From positions 32,001-96,000 of the forward strand of contig JAVJNR010000006.1 of NCBI GenBank assembly GCA_040217195.1: DNA of 64,000 nt, given 5' to 3'. Both the position numbers and the translations under genes were made by a program. Source of the stretch: Leptospiraceae bacterium (lineage in GTDB: Bacteria; Spirochaetota; Leptospiria; Leptospirales; Leptonemataceae). Positions 57,779-64,000 of this stretch are shown piece after piece (the stretch's first letter is position 1; every line of letters starts with the position of its first letter). The notes below the pieces were generated by a model. The model searched no databases. It saw only the letters and a program-made list of their open reading frames with translations, and was not told where the DNA came from.

Positions 57779-59056
57779 ATGAACGACATTCAGAAAGAGG
57801 GTATTGAGAAGCAGTTCCGCCAGGAGCTGCTGCGAAAGCTTACTCTTGGTGTCCGTCTGGGGTCAATGCTGATAGTCTTTGCCTTCTTTAGTTTTGCATT
57901 TATTGACAGAGTTTTTGATCCGGCCTACCCGGAACTACTGATGCGAATCCGAATTATACTGGTTTCCCTGGGTATTACGATTTTTCTGCTGAGCTTTGTC
58001 CCGTTATTTCGCAACTACTTGCCCATGCGCTTATTGAGTTTCGTTCTGGTTCTTATATCCGGCGGAGGTGTGGCCGTATTGACGGAGCTTACCGGTGGCT
58101 CCGTTAGTCCCTACTGGGCCATGATTATTGTTACGTTCTTCGGTGCCACATTGCTCTTGAATTTCTCTGTGGCCGGTTCGTTCACAGTCTATCTGCTGGT
58201 GTTCATTTTCTACGATGCCTTGCTAATCTACTCCGGAGAAAAGATAGGGACTATAAGTTTTGTAAGTAGCAATGCAGGTATCCTTCTGTCCATTGTTGTG
58301 AGTGTTACTGGTAGTGGCTATCTGCGCATACTCATGCACAGGGATTTCGAATCGAGGCATAGTCTGAATCGTGCATACGACGAGCTGAGTGGGCTGCACG
58401 AGGAACTCAGGGATGAAAAGGAACAGAGCGAAAGACTTTTGCTCAATGTATTACCCGAGCAAATAGCGGCGAGACTACGATCCAGGCAGGAGATCATTGC
58501 CGATCGATTTGACGAGGTGACTATTTTGTTTGCCGATATTGTGGGATTCACCACCTACTCCGACGGAAAGCCACCCGATGAAATCATTATAGTTCTGAAC
58601 CAGATATTCTCTATCTTTGACGAATTGACTGAAGTGCACAACCTGGAAAAGATCAAGACCGTGGGCGATGCTTACATGGTCGTGGGAGGACTTCCGGAGC
58701 CGAGCACGGACCATGCGCAATCGGTGGCATTGATGGCCCTTGAAATGCTTGCTCAGATACGGGATTTTAACTCTCGCAGCAGATCAGACTTCCATCTTCG
58801 TATTGGTATTAACTCCGGTGAGGCGGTGGCCGGAGTCATTGGAAATAAGAAATTCATATACGATATCTGGGGCGACTCTGTGAATATTGCCAGCCGCATG
58901 GAATCCACCGGCATTCCAGATCGAATACAGATCACAGAATCTACCCGTGCCAGACTGGATCATGATTTCTTGATCGAAGAACGCGGCATTGTGGAAGTGA
59001 AAGGTAAAAGACCCATGCGCACATTTTTCTTAAATGCGCCGCGAATACCCGCCTGA
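57779..59056 (+). CDS. Membrane-bound class III adenylate cyclase
   Basis: About six TM helices; SERLLLNVLP, ILFADIVGFT, EKIKTVGDAYM (Lys) and YDIWGDSVNIASRMES (Asp) give the ATP-type signature; GAGG RBS before ATG 57779; TTGACA at 57671. Confidence 0.9.
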   Translation: MNDIQKEGIEKQFRQELLRKLTLGVRLGSMLIVFAFFSFAFIDRVFDPAYPELLMRIRIILVSLGITIFLLSFVPLFRNYLPMRLLSFVLVLISGGGVAVLTELTGGSVSPYWAMIIVTFFGATLLLNFSVAGSFTVYLLVFIFYDALLIYSGEKIGTISFVSSNAGILLSIVVSVTGSGYLRILMHRDFESRHSLNRAYDELSGLHEELRDEKEQSERLLLNVLPEQIAARLRSRQEIIADRFDEVTILFADIVGFTTYSDGKPPDEIIIVLNQIFSIFDELTEVHNLEKIKTVGDAYMVVGGLPEPSTDHAQSVALMALEMLAQIRDFNSRSRSDFHLRIGINSGEAVAGVIGNKKFIYDIWGDSVNIASRMESTGIPDRIQITESTRARLDHDFLIEERGIVEVKGKRPMRTFFLNAPRIPA

Positions 59057-59260
59057 TCTATCGAAATACTGAGTCTCTTGGGACGTTGAACAGAACTGCT
59101 GGTAAGCCAAAGGAGCATGCCCAGCCTGCAAGGGCTCCTGATAATTGCAAGCAGGCAGCATTGGGCGCTTTGTTTCGCTCTGTGCCGGGCCAGTGAACCG
59201 GTGTTTTCTTGTTGGATCTGTAGGTCTAGTTTTCTGGCCCGTTTCGCGCAGGTGTCGGTC

Positions 59261-59515
59261 TTAGCTTCTCGCCGAGTTAACTTGTGATACAAATTCGTCG
59301 ACCAGACCGCGATTTTCAGGATCGATATCCATAAGGTTGCATACCTGGTTGTGCCCCTTGATTTTGATCCAGAGTTGGCCCTTTTTGTTTTCTTCAACTT
59401 CTAGGTTCTGTACATGACTTATGTGTATTCGCATGTTTCCTGCGTTGTAGAAGTTTTCAATAACTCTCCCGTCAAAAGATAGGATGTAACCTGCTGAATT
59501 TGTGAGCTCAATCAT
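59261..59515 (-). CDS. Small hypothetical protein
   Basis: 84 aa from ATG 59515 with GGAG RBS. Confidence 0.6.
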   Translation of the reverse strand: MIELTNSAGYILSFDGRVIENFYNAGNMRIHISHVQNLEVEENKKGQLWIKIKGHNQVCNLMDIDPENRGLVDEFVSQVNSARS

Positions 59516-59662
59516 GAATATCTCCAATGGCGCCCGGATCTGGTGGACGTTGCAAAAGATCCTGGGCGATTAAGAAATGAAAATCAAGTACATTATATGG
59601 TGGACCCGGCGCAGGGGATGAATGGGGGATCCTCTCCGCAATTGCCCTGGGATGAGCCGCTC

Positions 59663-62308
59663 CTACCAGCTTACCCCGCTATCGTTGGATTTCGCAAATC
59701 GAATCTCATCGGTACTGTAGGTAGTATAGGCTACATATAGATCGGTGCCGGCGGCAACAATAGCCGTGGCCGTGCCGGTCTGGCCGGTGGTATCTATAAC
59801 TCGGAAGTTCCAGGAACCTCCATCGTCCGTGGAGTAAGCCAGTTTGAGTTCGAATGTAGTATTATCAAAGTATGTGATGTAAATATTGGTGCCGTCCAGA
59901 GCCAGGGAGCTGTAGTCCCCCACATCGCCGGTGGAATCCACACCCTGAGTGGCCCAGGTGCCTCCAGTATCTGTGGAGCTGGCAAGCATCAGGTCTCCCG
60001 GTACAGAATCGTAGTAGCTGAAGTGAGCACGGGTTCCGTCCATCTTGAGCGATGTGGGCTCCGGAAAGTTTCCGCCAGCGGCTACCACCACTGGCGCATC
60101 CCAGGCACCTCCATCGTCCGTGCTTCGAACGAATTCCCATTGATCATTTACATTGTCGAAATAGGAGATACCCACCACCGGGGGGCCTCCGCTGGCTTTA
60201 TCCAGGGAGATTCCGCCGGCAAAATCAGTACCTGCAATATCTACCGGCGGATTCCAGGAAGCCCCGGAATCCGTGGACTGAGTATAGCTGATTCTCTGCG
60301 TTGTTGCATTTCTGTAGGCCAGATGGAGGGTAGCGCCATCCTTATCCAGGGAGGCCCAATCGCCAACATCGGATCCGCCGCCGTCCACTGTCTGAAGCGA
60401 GAAGCTGGCTCCTCCGTCCGTGGAAATGGCCATCTTCACGTCGCGATTTGTGAAATCATAATAGGCGATATAGATGCCGCTACCGTCCACCACCATGGAA
60501 TTGAACTGACCTACGTTGCCCAGGTTGTCCACAGTGCTCAAAGTCCAGGTCACTCCGCCATCGGTGGATCGAGCGAACTTCAGGGTATCGGTGGCATCAT
60601 CGTAGTAGGCGATGTAGACATTGGATCCATCCACTCCAATGGAATTGTAGTAAAAGCTGGCTCCGGTCACTGTATCCACTGTAAGGGTTCCATGTCCGGC
60701 ATCGGTTATGGATACAGCAATATTTGAAATTGTGAGCGGATTGTAGTTCGTATCGGCACTGGAGACAGAATGGGAGATACTACCGTTATGCGGTGCCTCC
60801 AGCAATGAGTCGTCCAGGCCGCTGATGGTCACAGTCTGGGCTATGTTCCAGGTTCCTGCAGTGAATGTAAAGGTGCAACTTGTAGCCGGCGCTCCACAAC
60901 TACCGCCGTTTACCCTGGTCTGCGCATCTGCATTGACGGTTATGGTTACGTTTCCGGTGGGCTCGCTCGTAAGCACCAGTGTATAAGTATCTGTGGCTCC
61001 CCCTTCTGTTACATCGGTACTGCCACTGCTTTGCGTTACCGTGATTCCTGCTGAATCATCATCGGTTATGGATGTATTGATGCTGGCCAGAGCATAGCCG
61101 TTATAATCCGGATCCCCGCTGGTTACCGAATGACTGATGGTGGCACTATGGGGGCCTTCGACCAGGGCATCGTCCACGGGCGAAACGGTGACCATTTGTC
61201 CTGTACTCCAGTTGGCGGCGGTAAAGGAAAATGTGCAGCTCGCTGCAGGTGCGCCGCAGCTACCTCCGGTTATCAAGGTCTGTGCATCGGCATTTACTGT
61301 GATGGTAACGCCTGCCGTGGGCTCACTTGTAAGCACCAGACCATAGGTATCTGTGGTGGAACCTTCCGTTACCGCAGTATTTCCGCCGCTTTCCGTGGCG
61401 GTAATCCCTGCGGAGTCATTGTCGGTGATAGACATGCTAACGGCTGTGGCTGGCAGGCTATTATAATCCGTATCCAGACTGGTTACCGCATGAGTTATTG
61501 TGCCGGTGTGTGGACCTTCGGAAAGTGCATCATCTATGGCTGTAATGGTAACTGTTTGCGGTGTGGACCAGCACTGAGCCCCGGGGCAGGTCCCATCGAA
61601 CGTTAGAGTTGCTGAGGCACCGCCATTCACCTGGGTCTGTAGATCCGCCGTTGCCGTAACGGTTACAGGTGAACCGGGCGCACTGGTGAGCGCTACAGTG
61701 TATGTGTCTGTTCCTCCCTCGGTGGCATTGGTACTGCCGCCGGATTCAACCACGGAAACCCCCGGCGAATCGTTGTCCGTTATGGAGACGTTCAGACTAT
61801 CAATCGTTATTCCCGAGTAATCTCCGTCAGTGCTGGTGGCCGTGTGGCTTATTGTGCTGGTATGTGGATTGGCCTCAATAGAGGCATCGTCCACGGCCGC
61901 GATAGTGAAGGTTTGTGCACTGCTCCAGCAATTGGCACCGGGACAGGTAGAATCAAAGGAAATGGTCATGGGAGAGGCAGTGGTCCCGTTTACGGTGATC
62001 TGTGTGCCATCGAAGATTATGTCTATTGAGACCGGGCTCGCCGGCTCGGTGTTCAGCTCAATGGTATAGGTGTCCGTGGCTCCGGCTTCCACCACATTTA
62101 TGGCACCTCCGTTGGGCGTTACAATGACAGCCGGAGTTCCCGGGGCCACATCGCAGTTCTGGCAACTCAGAAGCAAAGATTCCAGGGCCCTGTCCACGGC
62201 AGGATCGTCAGGAAAGGAATTGATACCACAGGCCGGCAGGAATGCCAGCAATGTACAGAAGTACCACTTGTTCGGTATTCTGCTCCAGGATTTTGGAGGT
62301 AAGGTCAC
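59663..62308 (-). CDS. Large surface lipoprotein: four Calx-beta/cadherin-like repeats plus Asp-box (BNR) beta-propeller
   Basis: Lipobox FLPAC; four ~120 aa repeats (E...TDTY..L...P...V...W...QT.T....DD...E..H...I.H); seven S.D.G..W/F boxes. Confidence 0.8.
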   Translation of the reverse strand: MTLPPKSWSRIPNKWYFCTLLAFLPACGINSFPDDPAVDRALESLLLSCQNCDVAPGTPAVIVTPNGGAINVVEAGATDTYTIELNTEPASPVSIDIIFDGTQITVNGTTASPMTISFDSTCPGANCWSSAQTFTIAAVDDASIEANPHTSTISHTATSTDGDYSGITIDSLNVSITDNDSPGVSVVESGGSTNATEGGTDTYTVALTSAPGSPVTVTATADLQTQVNGGASATLTFDGTCPGAQCWSTPQTVTITAIDDALSEGPHTGTITHAVTSLDTDYNSLPATAVSMSITDNDSAGITATESGGNTAVTEGSTTDTYGLVLTSEPTAGVTITVNADAQTLITGGSCGAPAASCTFSFTAANWSTGQMVTVSPVDDALVEGPHSATISHSVTSGDPDYNGYALASINTSITDDDSAGITVTQSSGSTDVTEGGATDTYTLVLTSEPTGNVTITVNADAQTRVNGGSCGAPATSCTFTFTAGTWNIAQTVTISGLDDSLLEAPHNGSISHSVSSADTNYNPLTISNIAVSITDAGHGTLTVDTVTGASFYYNSIGVDGSNVYIAYYDDATDTLKFARSTDGGVTWTLSTVDNLGNVGQFNSMVVDGSGIYIAYYDFTNRDVKMAISTDGGASFSLQTVDGGGSDVGDWASLDKDGATLHLAYRNATTQRISYTQSTDSGASWNPPVDIAGTDFAGGISLDKASGGPPVVGISYFDNVNDQWEFVRSTDDGGAWDAPVVVAAGGNFPEPTSLKMDGTRAHFSYYDSVPGDLMLASSTDTGGTWATQGVDSTGDVGDYSSLALDGTNIYITYFDNTTFELKLAYSTDDGGSWNFRVIDTTGQTGTATAIVAAGTDLYVAYTTYSTDEIRFAKSNDSGVSW

Positions 62309-62599
62309 AATACTATGATAGTAAAACCGATCTGATCATGTAAATTGCATATTTTTTAATCCGGTAGATTTGTGCTGCTTTGTTCGCCAGTTCCTGCATG
62401 CTCCCGGGCCAACGTCTGGCTACGGCAGCGTTGGGTGCTTTCCAGGTAATTAGCAGTAAAGCTGGCCGGTTAGTTTTTGCATGGATTAAATCCTGGAGCA
62501 AACTGTGGTGGGCAGGTTTCGCACTGCCCTTTGGCGCTCAGGATCGTGGCAGAACCTGGAAACGGACTGGATCTGCCCGAATTCAGTAGGCAAGCCCAA

Positions 62600-63415
62600 T
62601 CAGAAATCTATCGGGCGATAGTTTCCAAATCTATTCTTGAAATCTCCCGGAATAAATCGAAACGGCTGCACTATATGCATTTTCGAGCTCAGTACCTCTT
62701 TCTCGCCATTGAAGACCAGCAACTGAGCGGTTTCCTTTTCAAATACGTATAAATACGATCCGGATTTGAATTCATAGGTATGGAATCGCATGGTACCCAG
62801 AACATCAAGGCTCCCTCCTTCAATGATCAGTTCTGGTTTTTGACTTTGTTTATTGTCTGCTGGCCACGCAGTATAGCGATAGCCACTCTTTGTACCATCA
62901 ATTCTTATTATTCTGCGATTATCGCGTGCGATTAGAACAGGTTGCAATAATTCTTTCAATGATGAGTGCAATTGACGTTTTTCCTCTTCGATAAGGTGTG
63001 CCTGCAATTTCGATTCAAATTCGCTCTGGTTATTGATCACATACAAATATCCATCATAATGGGCCCAGATAACCCCCTGGTTCAGCATGATCCCTCGCCA
63101 GCCCACCGCACTCCAATTCTTATTGATACTGGAGCTTGCTATTTCGTTGATCAATTCTCGATCAAAAACATGCTCAAACCTCTGAAGCATTTCGCCTGCA
63201 TTTTGGACCGGGGGGATGGGATAATGGCGACGCAACGGATAATGGATGAGTCCAGCCATGGTCCGCCTATCATTCTTGCGGGCTGCATGGATAAACTGGC
63301 TTAGTACTTTCGCATTTTCATTCGCAATCGCGTAATCAGGAAATTCCTCACCAGTCAGGCTAATGCTACCTGATACAATGGTCAAAATTAGTATTGATAA
63401 CAGCTGCTTTCTCAT
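62600..63415 (-). CDS. Hypothetical exported protein
   Basis: Signal peptide; YPLRR.YPIP and VGWRGIML motifs; GGAGG upstream. Confidence 0.7.
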   Translation of the reverse strand: MRKQLLSILILTIVSGSISLTGEEFPDYAIANENAKVLSQFIHAARKNDRRTMAGLIHYPLRRHYPIPPVQNAGEMLQRFEHVFDRELINEIASSSINKNWSAVGWRGIMLNQGVIWAHYDGYLYVINNQSEFESKLQAHLIEEEKRQLHSSLKELLQPVLIARDNRRIIRIDGTKSGYRYTAWPADNKQSQKPELIIEGGSLDVLGTMRFHTYEFKSGSYLYVFEKETAQLLVFNGEKEVLSSKMHIVQPFRFIPGDFKNRFGNYRPIDF

Positions 63416-63666
63416 TTCTCATCCCCCTCCACCGGGTTTGCATTGACGTTTGCTGAAAGCCAGATAAATTTCGGTGGATGTACTGTAAAAAATTCGGGCT
63501 ACTCTTCCTACTTTCATCAGTGTTCTGGCCATTGTTCGCCTGTCAGCCAGAACCCTGGAAAATCCCATCCGAACTAGAAATAGAAAGCGAATACCTGACT
63601 GTCGAGCAGGCATCTGTGGCACTCTTTGGTAGCTACGACAAGGAAAATCAAGAATCAACCTGGAAC

Positions 63667-64000
63667 ATGAGAAAAGACAGAGATTTTTTTGATCGGATCA
63701 AGGGTCATGAGCTGACAGTGGCCCCTGATCAAGATATTATTCTCACAACTCAGTATCGCAGTGCTGATGTTAGCCGGAAGCACTCCGTAGCTTTACTGTA
63801 TACCACTTCATTTGGTATCATGGATACGATAGAAAATAGTCAAGCTTACGGAATTGTCAGTGTTTTGGATTCTCAGAAGTCAGAGTCCACATGGAAGCTC
63901 ATTCAACAGTCACACATCATCATCGAATTGGCTCACCTTCACTATGAAAGGCTTGATAATTGGGATGAAGTTGGGAAGCTAGAAATCGGTAAAGACAACG
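63667..64000 (+). CDS. Hypothetical protein, 3'-truncated by the window edge
   Basis: Frame is open from ATG 63667 (MRKDRDFFDRIKGHEL...) to the end of the window; absent from the ORF track because no stop is reached. Confidence 0.55.
   Translation, partial: MRKDRDFFDRIKGHELTVAPDQDIILTTQYRSADVSRKHSVALLYTTSFGIMDTIENSQAYGIVSVLDSQKSESTWKLIQQSHIIIELAHLHYERLDNWDEVGKLEIGKDN

Noticed and set aside
50792..59056. Complete Pycsar system (DUF5706 plus cyclase)
   Set aside because: The genes are about 6.4 kb apart on opposite strands, and the cyclase is membrane-bound with the Lys/Asp adenylyl signature.
60023..62069. Plus-strand ORFs (up to 234 aa) opposite the large lipoprotein
   Set aside because: Antisense shadows of a codon-biased repetitive gene, with no recognisable motifs.

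Overview
A 64 kb window from a spirochete-like chromosome, most likely Leptospiraceae. This is inferred from Lsa36-like and LIC11966-like surface proteins, several SpoIIE phosphatases and a tmRNA tag reading ANNEHALAA. 1-13.9 kb: end of a surface-polysaccharide locus (RmlD-like reductase, FnlA/CapD, 2-epimerase, GT4, epimerase, WecA/WbpL, WbpM), convergent with a cluster of polytopic membrane glycosyltransferase/ligase-like genes. 14-56 kb: mostly housekeeping and regulatory genes (lysC, murI, lexA, pyrD, bshB1 plus a BshC-like gene, argJ, fabG, P-II, acyl-CoA enzymes, two TetR regulators, tRNA-Arg(ACG), S41 protease) and an orphan DUF5706/Pycsar-effector-like membrane protein. The most unusual stretch directly follows the tmRNA gene (56500-56845). 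The tmRNA's 3' 18-mer is repeated three more times, at periods of 70, 71 and 330 bp. The last two copies each head a ~315-330 bp cassette made of two oppositely oriented multi-branch palindromes around an unrelated ~100-110 bp core. The hairpins show compensatory base changes between the cassettes, and the first cassette ends in a rebuilt tmRNA T-arm with a 10-nt insertion in the T-loop. No integrase, transposase or cas gene is visible in the window. Other points of note are a Pho-box-like array upstream of a CBS-SpoIIE gene, a candidate non-canonical LexA box, and a tandem duplication creating a coupled uORF at murI. All product calls come from motif recognition by eye; no database searches were run.
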